Below are positions 12,283 to 25,705 of a DNA stretch of 64,000 bases, piece by piece (the stretch's first letter is position 1; each line of letters opens with the position of its first letter). Made by a program: the position numbers and the translations under genes. The notes under the pieces are model-generated. The model was not told the origin of the DNA and ran no database searches. It saw nothing but the letters and a program-made list of their open reading frames with translations. The DNA is from Malacoraja senta (lineage: Eukaryota): contig CM075978.1 in NCBI GenBank assembly GCA_038087875.1, positions 81,530,001 through 81,594,000 on the forward strand. The letters run 5' to 3'.

Positions 12283-12849
12283 TTCAGCATGTCCCAACAC
12301 TCTTACCAATTTCTACAAAAGCACCATAGAAAGCACCTTAGGCTGGTATGCGACTACACTGCCTTGGACCGCAATAAACTGCAGAGTTGTGAATGCATCA
12401 CATAAACCACCCTCCAAGGTCTCATTGATTCCACCCAGACTGCCCACTGCCTTGGTAAAGCAACCAACATAATCATTCATACCTCGGTCATTCTCTATTT
12501 TGCCTTCACCTATTGGGCAGAAAATATGATAGCTTGAAAGCACTTATCACCAGATGCAAGAGCTGCTTTTTCCTGCTGTTATTAGACTATTGAACAAACC
12601 TCTCATATGCTAAGGATGTATTACCGATCTTCCAATCAACTTTGTTGTGGAACGCACACTTGTTTGCATTTGTACTTTCTCTGCAGCTATATATCGTAGG
12701 GCAAATTATTGGATATATTTCATGCTAATTTGAAACTTTGTGTCCTTGTCTCCAAAGCAGCTTTATCTGGTCAACTGTATTCAAATATTGGATGATTGCG
12801 TCTCCTCCCGCTGTATCTTTAACATGAGCCTTGAAGACATCCTACCCGA

Positions 12850-13205
12850 ATAGTGAAAGGCTTGGATAGAGTGGATGTGGAGAGGATGTTTCCACTAGTG
12901 GGAGAGTCTAGGACGAGAGGTCATAGTCTCAGACTTAAAGGATGTTCCTTTTGGAAGGAGATGAGAAAGAATTTCTTTAGTCAGATGGTGGTGAATCTGT
13001 GCAATTCTTTGCCACAGAAGACTGTGGAGGCCAATTCAATGGGTATTTTTTAAGCAGAGATTTATTAGTACAGGTGTCAGAGTTATGGGGAGAAGGCAGG
13101 AGAATGGGTTAGGAGGGAGAGGTAGATCAGCCATGATTGAATGGCGAAGTAGACTTGATGGGCCAAATGGCCTAATTCTGCTCCTATTACTTATGACCTT
13201 ATGAT
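12850..13205 (+). mobile_element. CR1 3' end
   Basis: KGLDRVDVERMFPLVGESRTRGHSL...FFSQ.VVNL; 3' UTR and (cttatga)n tail. Confidence 0.92.
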
Positions 13206-13699
13206 CCCCTACCCCATTTACTTGCAGGAACATGAGTTCCCTTCCATCCAAGACCTTCATTGCTGAATCTCCCACAGGTGTCAGTTATGGTTATCAGAAA
13301 GTTGCTGAGTGTTCTTGAATGATTGGCACTGTCAGATGCAAGTAAAAAGAGAGGCAGCAAGCTTTATTTATTACCAGCTGTTTAGAGCTGGTGCTAGTCA
13401 CTCATGGAATTTGTCCCATGGTGATGCACTAAGACAATAAACAGAATAATTAACATTGGCTGGTTTGCTGATGTCATAACATACAAATAGCATGAGTTTC
13501 TTTCAAGTCCTATATTGCGTCAGATCGGCATGGGTGAATTGCATATTGTGACCCAAAACCTTTTGTTTCTCGAGCTAACCATTTTACTCACCAAGAGAAG
13601 CAACAGCAATAGGGCTAAAATGATGGAAAACAATGACTCTACTGGTTAAGTGATCCAAGTCCACAAACATGATATGGTAGTCATGGCGGTGGGTGATAG

Positions 13700-15140
13700 A
13701 CATGATTATCCTGAATCATGAACAGGCCATTCAGTCTATCACCTCCAAGCCGACCAGTGTGCACCCATTGACCTCAATCCCATGTTCCATGTACTTGGCC
13801 GATAGTTTTAATGTCCTGGCCATTCATGTGTTCGGCTGGACACAAATGTTCTCAACAACTCTGCTTCTACCATCTCTCAGGTGATGCTTTCCAGGTACTC
13901 TCCATTCTCTGAGTGAAAATGGTCACCCTCGAATCCCCAATGGATCTCTTTTCCCTTGCCTCAAACCTATGTCCTTTGGTTTTCCCAACTTCTGATTGTC
14001 TGTCCTATTGATGTACCTCAGTCATGTTCTCTCTTAATCTCTTCCGTTCCTGGAAAACACAGACCTACCCTCTCCAGTCTCACCTCATGACTGAAATACT
14101 CCATCCCAGATACAATCCTGGCGAATCTCCTCTGCACCCTCCCGAGAGCTATTACATTATTCTTGTTGTGCGGTAACTAGAACTGCATGCAGTATTCCAC
14201 CTGACGTCTGATCGATGAGTTATTTAAAGATAAAGCCCAATCTCCACATTATCTACCTGTGCTTCCAGGTTCTTTGGACATGCACACCAAGGTCTTTCTG
14301 TTCTCCAATAGTCCTTAGGACCTTGTCATTCATGGTGCATGTCCTAGCTTCATTTGTACTCTCAAATACACCATCTTTATCAGGAGCAATGCAATGCTAT
14401 CACTCAATAAGACTATCCTTCACACTATCAGCATCTCCACCAGTCTTCAGGTCATCCATCTTAGTGATCATGCCTCCTACATCCAAATGCAAACTATTCA
14501 CATATATTACCAAGAGTAAGTGTCACAACATCGATACCTGTGGAACACCACGTCATAGGTATTCAATCACAAAAGCTACCTTCAGCATTGTTTCTTATTG
14601 CCCAGTATTAGTTTCCTATGGATCCTACCCGTTTGGACAAATTTCCTGTGTGGATCCTTACAGGCCTCCTTATTGAACACTATGTAAATAACATTTACTG
14701 CACTGTCCCCATTAATCCACCTTGTTACCCCCTCACAAAATGTAATCAGATTGGTCTGACAAAATGTGTTCTTGACAAAGCCATGCTGTCTATCTCGGAT
14801 TAGTTCCTGCTTTTCCAAGTAGTCATTAACCCTGCCCTCTGAATGTTTTCCAATAACATCCCCACGACTGACTTAAGCCTAACAGGTCTAACAGTGCTGG
14901 CTTTCCCCTGCTGCTCTTGAAAGGATCAGATTTGCCATCCTCTAGTCTTCTGGTACCTTGCTTACCTTCAACGATGATTGAAAGATTTCAGTCAGTGCTG
15001 CAATCCATCTCTTCCCTTGCTGCGCATAGCAGCCTGTGATAAATCTCACCTGGGGGACGAAGGCACTGAGAACCTCCTTTATTCATGGAGAGCTACACTA
15101 GAACTTCACCTTCCCCTTCACTGAGTTCTCCAGCTGTTTT
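13700..15140 (-). mobile_element. Old CR1 fragment
   Basis: LIRDRQHGFVKNTFCQTNLITF..VT..I..AVNVIY on the minus strand. Confidence 0.8.
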
Positions 15141-15933
15141 ATTAGTGAATACCAGTGGGAAGTAAAGTCACATATACCTTCTGACTACTAGCTCAATTTT
15201 AAAGAGATGAAACTTTTGAAATAATTTAGTGGGAATATGGAAGAATTGTAAAAGTTTAAAAAGGAGATTCTGTCTTAAAGTGTGTTCAATGTTGAAGAAA
15301 GAGAACAGGGCAAACAAGTAGGTATAATGAACAGTGCACTAGAAAACATTGATTATAGCTACAGTTTAACAAAAAAAACCAGTAATAAATGAATAGTGAA
15401 CATTTGCAACCACGGCCGTTCTTAAATGTTTAAATTGCTGTTAGCAGAACATCAAAACTCTCGAGCAGCCAGTACAAGACTTCTGTGAACTGGGTGATAA
15501 AGGCTTTCAGTTTTGTGTCCCCTCAACCAATTGGATCATGAAGGGTGCAGATTTTGAACCATGTATTTTGGAAAAGGGAATTTATTATTGAATGGAAGGT
15601 TAAAGCTGAACTTAATCTAAAGAAACCAAGGTGTGAAAAAGAGTAACAAATAAAGAAATGATTAATAATATTCCTAAAAGGCTAATTATACTGGAATGAC
15701 TTTAAATAATGTTTAAGAGTTATAAAGTGACACGATGGAGAGGCTATTATGCTCATTGTGTCTCTGTTTTGTATGGTGGTTTTAGTTATACCTTCAACAT
15801 TTGCCAGAAAGTTTGTAAACTTGAATCTAGAGCCAAATAGAAGGATACTGTTACGAAGTGAGTGTAAAAGTAATACAAACTAATTTGTCACATCATTGTT
15901 CTTCATTATTTTCACTGAGCTCCGTCCAATTAA

Positions 15934-16158
15934 AGGAGCTGTCCCACTTTCACGACCTAATTCACGACCTCTGCCGAGTTTGCCCTTGACTCATACTCAC
16001 AGCATGGTCGTCACAAGGTTGTTGGAGGTCATAGGTAGGTTGTAGCAAGCCGTGATGCTAGTCGTAGGTACTCGTGGCATCAAGTAGGTCGGGGCGTTTG
16101 AAAAATGTCCACGAGTAAAATAGGTCGTGAATTGGGTCGTGAAAGTGGGACAGGCCCT
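15934..16158. mobile_element. PIF/Harbinger-type MITE, 225 bp
   Basis: 37-bp TIRs (aggagctgtcccactttcacgacctaattcacgacct and its reverse complement), flanked by TAA and TTA. Confidence 0.88.
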
Positions 16159-16940
16159 TTACCCTTTTCTTTGCAGACTAAATGATACATTAGTTTTCAA
16201 ATGGCAGATTTTCCCCCCTATCACGTTTTGTCTTTGTTCAGTGAAATGACTTCATTGCTTGGTTTACCCATCTCTTTTTTCTCCTAAATCATTAATATGT
16301 TTTGTTGTCACAGAAGGGAACCAGTATCAATCCAGTCTCATTGTTATATCTGCTGTGATGATGTAACTTCCCAACCCAGACAACAAAAGGAAACTCGATG
16401 GCGGCAAATATCCAGGACCTAATAAGATATTTCCCACTCATTAATTTTGGGATTGTGTCAATGGACACAAGCTTGATGTATGATGCTGCATTGGTTGTTC
16501 TTCTGAAAGTTAATATGATCCCTTGCTTCCAGCAGGAAAACCTATTTCAGTTTTAAGATGCAATATGCTATTGCAAAGAGCAAACCAATTGGCATTTTGC
16601 CCACTCCCCCTCCATAGTTTCCATCACGTGAGGCACACATAATATAGATATCATTATCAACAATTAATTCAGATAAAATACTCACAGTACTTTCAAATGG
16701 GCTATGTATAATTGTATAAATTAGCCCAAATACCTTCCTCTATGATGTTTGCAGCCAAATTCAAATGTCTAAATGTAGGTTTGTCCAACTTAACTCTGTT
16801 TGCATTGCATCTCTTCTGGGCTGTGCCCCTGACATACTTCTACAATTGGAATACAGGGTGTTGTGTTTGTTCGAAATTTGCAGTGAAAGAGGAACTCTGT
16901 CAGCATCTGTGAAAAGTGAAACTATGAATGTTTCACTTCA

Positions 16941-17030
16941 AAGATGAAGGCTCTTTAACCTGAAACGTTAACTCTGTGTATCTTTGAGCAAATGATTAAT
17001 TGATTGTTGAAACAGTCTCTCTGAATCTGA
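16941..17030 (+). mobile_element. Very old PLE pLTR/hammerhead relic
   Basis: gatgaaggctctttaacctgaaacgttaactctg resembles the CTGANGA..GAAACGT motif. Confidence 0.5.
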
Positions 17031-17871
17031 TATTTAAATTGATCTGCTTTTCCCACCCTCTGGTTCGGAATGGTAAGACTTTAAGTTTGCAATTTCTTTG
17101 ACATGTGTTAACAATACATTCCCAGCTGGAGAATGTAAACCTGATTGTGTTCTCAAAATTGTGTCAACAACAAGTGAATGTCATGTTCAGTTAAGTGCAA
17201 AACATTGATTTGTACTTTTATCCATTGTGGCTTGATGAGCATTTACTTCAATAGAGGATATGGATCTTGCTGTATTGAGACAATAATGACACAATTTTAG
17301 TGCATCCAAAAAGAAGTTGAGATTTTAAGAACTGATATTATTTTTCACAGTTTTATTCTCTCACCCGCCCAGCTTACCCTTGAGCAAAACTGCGAAATGC
17401 AGATGGCACCACAACCTCGGTTGGAGTGAAAGCCACTTAATGTGATGTAGTTTACTGGACAGTGCTTCTTCCTCTTTCCCCTCTTCCCCACGGTCAGTAC
17501 ACACCCACACTTAATCCTGGACAGACATGGAGTACTTAAGGGGCTCCACAGCTGAAAAGCTCCTGACAGCTAACAATACCGGAGTGGAAATTCCACCAGT
17601 TGTGAAAACTATTGATGATTTTCACAGTTCATGTCTCTAACATACAGAGGCAATTAAAACCTAAGCAACATTAAATGTTTTTTTTTAAAGTAATCTCCCA
17701 TTTTGCTTCCTTATATTTGTCTTTAGTTCTCATGTAAATTAATGGGCTCTTCTATGGCAATTTTCCTTCCATGTTCCACAGTAAATCCACTACTTCTGCA
17801 TATAATATTACAAAACTGCAAATATGGGATTTACTCAATGGCTGAACTCAATGGTTCCAATCAAAATAATA

Positions 17872-18131
17872 GGCAGAGTTGCTGCCTTCCGGCACCAGAG
17901 ACCTAGTTAGGTCTTGATAATGGGTGCTATCTGTATGGAGTTTGTACGTTCTCCCTGTGACAACGTGGGTTTCCTTTGGGTGCTCGTGTAGGTTTGTACG
18001 TTAATTGGCTTCTCTAAATTGTCCCTAGTGTATAGGATAAAACTAGTGTACGAGTGATTGTTGGTCGGCGTGGACTTGGTGGGCCAAAAGACCTGTTTTC
18101 ATGCTGTATCTCCAAACTAAACTAGACTAAA
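17872..18131 (+). mobile_element. V-SINE, 5'-truncated
   Basis: gagttgctgcct...V-domain...ctgtatctccaaactaaact. Confidence 0.9.
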
Positions 18132-18769
18132 AGGCAGCACGATCCAGCCCGCAACGCTGACACATGCCAACCTGCAAGTATTATTTACATTAACACAGTT
18201 AAAGCACATGTACAACCATTGTAGTCTCATTCTGTAATGTTGATTGTTATGAATATTGTAGCATCTCTTGATGACATGACATTTCATGACATCACAAACA
18301 TGATATGTAGATAGTTTGTTGTTTGCTTTTTCCGTTTGGCTGAAAAGTTAAGTTGTGGCCAGCAGAGGACCCAATACCTCTTTTTTCCAATAATCATCAA
18401 ACAGATCAGGCAATAACTCAAATATCCTTTCATTATCAGTTCAGAAACAACAAGCACACCTAATATTCATCTGTTTTAGATTTTTTTTTTTTTAATTAGG
18501 TTTTACATTAAAAAGTGCCTCCAAAGTACCGAGCCAACTAAAACATACAAAGTTCAACTGAAGTTTCCATTTTGTCTGTTACACAGCAGTATTAGAAGTA
18601 TAAATATCAAGACTGCTCTTTCATTTCAGCCAAATATACCAATGTTCTTATGCTTTATTTCAACCAGTGTTCATTTGAACTGAAGTCAGCTAAAAGATAA
18701 ATAGAACATACAAAGCAATATTTAAAAAAAAATCATTATATTTAAATACATAACAAGGTGATTGTATTA

Positions 18770-18825
18770 ATAATAATAATAATAGATTTTATTTATATAG
18801 CGCTTTTCAGGACTCAAAGTCGAGT
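18770..18825 (-). mobile_element. L2-type 3' tail fragment with (AAT)n
   Basis: (taa)n-tagattttatttatatagcgcttttcaggactcaaag. Confidence 0.6.
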
Positions 18826-19310
18826 GCCGCACATTAGAAAACAATGGGTATTTTGAATTAGTGCATAATTACCAGCATGTTGGAAGAGAGAGAAAGTTGA
18901 GTGGTTAATTGACAGACTGGAAAAGGCTGCAAATCAATGTACAGATTTGTTTTGGGGGAAACGTTAGTTGAGCTACAGTATATTTTTTAATAAAATTGGT
19001 TCAAAATTAAATTTTCATGATACAACAGCTGAGTGGTTGAGTTACCAGACTCTCATCTAGAGCTCTGGACTATTGATCCAAAGACAGTTCAAATCCCTCC
19101 ATGGTAGTTGTGGAAGTTACATTTATTTGGGGAATCTTTTTAAAAGAAAGAAAATCCAATTAATTTGGTCATAAAAAGTAAATAAGAAAGCAGATATTAG
19201 ATTTCTCCTCTGCTTAATGGAGTGTCTTAAAGTACTCTCTATTTATAATCAGTTGCTCATGCCACTTGCAATAAGAGTTTAAGAGGACATTAACGAGATG
19301 CTCCACTCAC

Positions 19311-19416
19311 CTGACAAGAGGTCCTCTGGTCTTTCCAGTGGTTCGTCCATGTCAATGTCAAAGTAAATAAATTGCTGGGTTTTGAAGTAAACTCTGATTT
19401 TCAAATTGACTGTGTG
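19311..19416 (-). other. Candidate spliced exon (106 nt), gene unknown
   Basis: Minus strand has acceptor atttcctcctgctgtAG and donor CAG|GTGAGT. One open frame, HTVNLKIRVYFKTQQFIYFDIDMDEPLERPEDLLS, with an internal GACATGG. No family recognised. Confidence 0.4.
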
Positions 19417-22400
19417 CTACAGCAGGAGGAAATGCTTTTGAGTCTAACACATCAAAGTGTAGGTTTGTTTCAATCCAGGGATGATCTACCTGTATTTTTA
19501 ATAAAATTTAGTCCCAGTGCTCATATCTAGATGTATTCCCACTAGAGCCCTTGACACGCTATTGTGTTTTCCAGAGCATGGCTTAAAAGGACTGTTTTAA
19601 GTTCGCACACTGTTGAGCTTAAATACTGAGAAACATACTGAATTTAGAAGATTAAGAGCTAAAAAAATAAATGTCATTGTCAGGGCTCAGCAGACATTTA
19701 GTTTTGCTTCAGTTACAGTACATGTGATTGAGAAGGGATTCGGCTTCACACCCTGGAGCAAATGTATTAAATTCAACTTAGATATAGTATTGCAGGGACA
19801 TTAATGTTGACCTGGTCGGCCTCCTTGTTGTAGTTTTATTTAGGATGCAATACAGCAAATACATTAATTTGCAGATTTAGTGTTTTCTATTGCACGTCAG
19901 TGCAATGAATAACAATACCTCTGAGAGACTGTTGATATCGCAAACACCTGTCATGATAAACACATCTTTCTCAGGAGAGATTCAGTTCGGCAGGATCCAT
20001 GTAGAAAAGATACAAAACAATAAAGGGAGATTTTTAAGAAACAATTTTTAAGAAACAGATTTTTATGAAGTGAACAAAATGTCTTTTTTTTTATCCAAAG
20101 GAAATGCCTTTCAGTGATTTATCCATTTTATTTCTTGCATTGTCTGGCACTGTTTTAGAACTGAGTATTTGAATATTTGTTATTTGAAGGGGCGAGAGGT
20201 GTGTGTTTGTGCAGATGATTGTGCAAATAGAAGATCTCCAAAGATGATGGAGGAGTAGTTTGTGTCGAGGCATGTTTAGTAGCTGGGGATTGAGCACCTG
20301 GTGGACCGTGCTGGGAGGTTCCTGACCAATCACAACAGTGGCTGCCTTCGTTCAAAAAATATAAAGGACTGATGATGTTGGGATCTCTGAATTGTCTTCC
20401 TGGGGGAGAATGAGCATTTTCATTTCATGATTTGACTATGCTGTACGTGTAAGAAAATAGTGCAAGTGAACATTTTAAGTTTTACACCCTTCAGTTTCAC
20501 TGTGGTATTTGCATGTCTTTGTTTCCTTTTTAAGTAAAGGCACCATTAAATATCCCAGAGTATTTCAGTTTCCCTGTTTTAAAATAGGCTCTTCCTCTGC
20601 AATGCATCCAAGCTTCAGCAATTTGCTGTTTAGAGACTGCAGATTTGCATAGCCTTCTCACCAGCATGGTCTGTTCCAGGTCCTTTCATAAGTGTACACA
20701 ATTCAGTGAGGAATATCTTGTGCCATTATACTCTCTACCCTGACTTCTGTGTTCGGATTGGAGCGCAGGTTATTTGTTGGGTGCTTTGATCTCACACAGT
20801 GCTGTGCTGTGTGTTACATTTTTTTCCCCCAGCCTGTAACTGGATTGAGAAAGCATTTTAATTTCCCTTACAGCATTGTGAAGTGCCATCCTGTAAATTT
20901 TAAATGATGTTGAATACCCAGTGGAGGATGATGATGTGCCTTATGTAGGGAAAGAGAAAAAACCTCAGCCTTCTCAGTCTTGGATCTATTGGAGTATTAA
21001 CATACAAGAACCTGGTAGCTACTGCTGGAAATGCAGGTAGTTATGTTTTTCTAGCCTTGAACAGACTCACTGCACAGACTGGATATTTAAAATATGCTGT
21101 GGATTTCCTAGCAGAAGAGGACAGCAGTGATAGAAAACTGTGAGGCAGACTTGAAATGATGGGCTGTGTACAGTTGTGACATTTGTTACATGGGGGATGC
21201 AAATCTTTTTCTCAGGGAGCATCATGAACCCGAGAGCAACAGTGAAGTCCAGCATTGAAACTATTACAGCCTGTGTTCATTTGGCATTTTGGATAGTTCT
21301 TTTGACTTTCAGCTGTATTTTTGGTGTGTCATGGAGTTCTTCGAGCTTAGGTGCAGCTCACCATAATCACCATTTTCATGGCAGCAAACACCAGTCAGTG
21401 CCTATTGCTATATACAGGTCGCCTGCCTCACTGCAAAGAGGACATGGTGGGTCTTTGCTTTTTACTTATCTTCTAATTCTTCATTTAACTGCCATTTTAA
21501 TGTAAAGTCTGCACTTGAAACCTCGTGAGTTTAAGATAAGTTTTGCGATTGCCAGTGATATAATCTCATTGTTAAGAAGCTGCAAGTAAAAATATTCTAA
21601 ATCCAAAATATTTAATCATCTTAATTGAGCGGATACTTCACAATCAGTTGCAGCTTAATATTGAAGTGTTTTGATTTGCATTTTATAAAAATGATTAATG
21701 TATGTAGAAAAATAGAAAAATTAAAATTGCTGTTCATATTCTATACCATTTCACTATCATCCTTTGTTTTCTGTTTTATAAATTTGTTTTATAAATTTAG
21801 CTCAGAGTTTGACATCATGGCAGTGGAAATCTCAATTGCCCACATTTAATGATTATTTAGAAATCTATTTTAAGGATGAAATAGTGAATTGTTTTGAAAT
21901 TCACTTCTCGCAGTTTCTACCTATTCAAGTTGCTAATGCCATCCTGAAACAACAATATTAGTTAAAACCAGAAACTAAGAAGATCTAAGTGTTCCTCACT
22001 CTGTCATTATACATCTTGATGCACTTTGTGAATGTTGGAGCATCATTATTTGTTCCCTATTCTCAGACTGTCAACTAAAATAACTGACTACACAATGCAC
22101 CACAGCTAATATTTTTCGAAATAAATGGAAACCTAATGGCTGTTTAGTTCCTGCAATTTAAAATAAAATTGAATGAAAGAGAGAATGCACATAATTTTAA
22201 GCCGTGCTACAATCGACCTGCTCCCACGATCTTAGTTTAACGGCAGCTGAGACATTGGCTTTCTTTCACCAGTAAAACATGCAGCTGCTGATTGGAATAT
22301 ATAGGTTCATCCTTCTTCATTTTCTCTTCATTCCATGCCTCATTTAAAACATCATCCCATGCCACTGCTGAGGTGACAAAACAGATCTTATGCTTAACCT

Positions 22401-24523
22401 TTGCATACTTGCACAGGTTGACCCTGTTTGGATGATTAGACATTAGAATCTAATTTGATCTTTGTTATTGAGTACTCTTCTTGAATGACAAAAAAGCTTA
22501 AGAAATGTGAAATGAATATTTTTAATAAGGACTGTCCCTCATGGATTTCATTTTCCAAATTATTTCACATAGCTTAAGATATTTGTTGTGCATTTTAATA
22601 CTTGTATATATGTTTACATTTTTAACTGTCAGTGTATTGAAATGCAGGTGATATTCAATAAAACTAAAATATATATATATTTTTTTTTTAAGTTATAGTT
22701 TAACCATCCTAAAGCATTAACATATTATAATTTATATAAAAAGCATCACCAGTGAAATACAGGCAATTTTAGTGCTCTTTGTCTTGCATGCTGCCTATTG
22801 TGATTTCTTTTATATTGTCGATAACATTCTGTCCCCAATGTTTCGGCAAGATATGTAGTCTTTGATGTTGTCGGTATAAAATCTACTCCACTGTTATCAC
22901 AAGTGGAATAATGTTGGTAGATTTTTGATAAGCATCTGAATACAACCTACAATGCCCTGAAATGAACACAAGACTCATTTGTTAAACTAAATAAATAACG
23001 GCTCTGTATTTTTACATGCCTGTGACTGTACTCCCTCCTCAACCATTAAAATAACTATTGTATATGACAAGTAATTAATGGCTATTAATATTTTTTGTTT
23101 TATACATTTTTACAGATCATGTATTCTGTTAGTAATTGATTTTAGGGACAATTATTTTTAAAGATTGAATAAATAACACATTGATAACAAGGTATCTTAA
23201 TGTGCCCAGCAGCATTGTTACCAAAATGGCAATTTATCATTTTTAATATGTTCAAGATAAGGTTGGTACAGATTTAAAGTCCAGAAACATGTATTTGTTT
23301 AGCATATGATTATAGAAGTCACAACTGAACTAATGACTCAGCTCTGTAAATACAATTGCATAAGTTCTGCATTTATCTGGTCATGCTGATTGTTCAATTT
23401 GATCATGATAATCTAAACTGAAAATATTTGTAAAGCAATACCGTTTTTAATTTCTGTTTGCCATGTTTGTTATACCCCATAACTGGGGAATTTCCCTTTT
23501 AACTCTTTCCAGTACTTTAACTAGTTAAGTGAAGAAACAATTTGTCTTTTAAAGTGTCATTTTGTTATGTAGATTTGAAAGTTAGCTTGAGAGAATAATA
23601 ATTATTGGAATTATGGTGAATTTGATTATTTTCTTCTGTTAGGCAATAATAGAGAGATGTAGAAATAACTAAATATAAGGAGATGCATATATGAAGATTT
23701 TAACATGAATGGAAAGGTACTGATTGTCCTCCATAGTATGTTAGCACTGCCAAATATTAATATTGTTACAGAATGTCATGAGATAGAGGCAAATAGCCTC
23801 ATATATTTTAAGCATTGTGTGCAATGCTGTGCCAGTGAATTGTTGGTTTGTGTATGGCATCACATATGGTCATTATACTGGTGATTTGCTTCATGACATG
23901 CTTGATCATTTCATTAGAATTGTAACATATAATTCTGGTTTTGCATTTCCTATCTTTTGGGCCTGGTGTTATATTGAATTATAGGTCTTAGCATGACTGT
24001 TGAGATATTAATCTTATAAATTACCAAATTTTGCATTTTGCCATTAACATTATGAAGAAGGAGATTGTACTGTACAACTGTAAATATATTATTATATTAA
24101 CATACTTAATATCTTTCTAATGGAGCCATTGCCTACCTTTTGAGCTCTTGAGTGATTTGATTTGACTGTGTCTTTAATGGGGCACCAGAATTGTGTAAAA
24201 AGCATATTTTACCTTTAATAATCTAATCCAGTTCTTAAAGAAATGTGTGTTGACTGATGTAATCTCCTAAAGTTACCTTGATTTTCAAAATAATATGTAT
24301 TTCAGTTTCTCTAAATCATTCGGTATCTGAAAGTAGAATAAATCTGGAACATTCCAAAATGTTCTGAAATCAATGCACAAAAGAAATGAACTCTTTGCAA
24401 TAATGCTACTCCTAATCGATAGATGGGCAACCACAGGTTCCTAAATTCAAATCATTGCTCTGGCCCCTGACTGTTATTCAATTTCACCGTTTTTCAGTGG
24501 TCAGGATTTTCTCATTCATTTCC

Positions 24524-24541
24524 ATACCACTAGAGGGTGTC
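24524..24541 (+). promoter_or_regulatory. Candidate CTCF motif
   Basis: CCACTAGAGGGTGTC fits the CTCF core. Motif only. Confidence 0.35.
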
Positions 24542-25479
24542 TTTTCCAGCAACGACAGCACAAGGGAGAGAAGTGCTTGCAGATGTCCTACTTAAATTAG
24601 CACTGTTCTCAGCCAATCATAAATTAAGTCTGACAGCAGATCCCAGTAAGAGACTGGATGTGTGAGGTAATTCAAGATGGGAGTGGTGAATTTCAAATAT
24701 AAGAATAGTGTTCTGGGGAAAAGAATAAGTGAACATGCCTAACCGTTCGTTCCATGTTGCTGCCTCTCAAAATGCACAAAAGATTAATATATTCAGTAAC
24801 AATTTTCAAACCCGAAACTTAATTACTATTTGCTCACTTTAGCTTTCATTACACAATTACCTCCTTAACATTCTGTGCCACATTTGGGTATCTTTTTTTT
24901 ATCAGCAGTTCTGAATTGGACATTGACCAAACAAAATATCACTATTCGATTTACTTGAAATAAATGTGAGATTTTTTTGATTACTTGTTCCATCTGCTTT
25001 TGTTTTTTTCCAATGGTTATTAAAAATCCAAAGCAAAAGAACAAAGACCATTAAAAAAATACTCTACATTGACAATAGCAAGGGAGAAGGGGCGGCGAAT
25101 GTGATAATTGTGCTTGTGTTTCTAATGTCTGAACATGGAAGATATTACACAGGTATGAAGGAAAAATAAATAGATGTTTGTTGGGAGTTAGGATCTGGTA
25201 AGTTTAGTTATGATTTCAACATAGAAGCGATGTAGAGAGGAGAATGCATTAGAAAAACAAGAAGCAAAATTCAGAGACCCATTATTGATAAATAGAGAGA
25301 TGGGAGGGGTTGATAAGCAGAGAGGATATTGACTGAATGGGAGAGCATTATTTCAGTTGATGGGGTGTGTTTTACTGTTCTGTCCCAGAGGGCAATATAA
25401 ATTTGAGAGAATTCTGCATGAATTGTGGTGTCGCTGGAGAAAACTGCACTGTGGTCATTCCTACTTTAATACGAGGTGT

Positions 25480-25705
25480 TGTGCTTTTCCACTGAAGTGG
25501 AAATTATTTGAAGTAGAACAGGGCACTTCTCCTGGTGTACTGGAAAAATTGTCTTTCCCTTGACAGTTATCATCAAAACAAATTAACTGGTCATTAATAC
25601 TGCTGGCTTAGATGCCACCTTTCTGAATGGCTGCTTCATTTGTCAATATAACCACGACTAAACTTCAAAAGCAGATTAACCTGTGGCAAGTGTTTTAGAA
25701 TTAGA
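25480..25705 (+). mobile_element. Ancient Deu-domain SINE relic
   Basis: gaagtagaacagggcacttctcctggtgtactgg...aaaacaaattaactggtcatta...cttcaaaa. Confidence 0.55.

Larger units (their letters stand above)
10430..12690 (+). mobile_element. Rex1/Babar-type LINE RT fragment interrupted by three insertions
   Basis: NWILDFLT.KTQSV, KFADD, KELIINF|RK, GV|NI.NDL, AHRRLY.RRL|KF, NFY..TIES. The motifs rejoin across the MITE, LTR and SINE. Confidence 0.88.

Noticed and set aside
17377-17636. Minus-strand exon candidate ending AGG|GTAAGC
   Set aside because: The frame I could follow hits a stop and the acceptor is weak; not supportable without RNA data.
20155-20355. ORF with KHASTQT (dynein light-chain-binding-like motif)
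   Set aside because: The short motif is expected by chance, and I found no convincing splice sites or family similarity.
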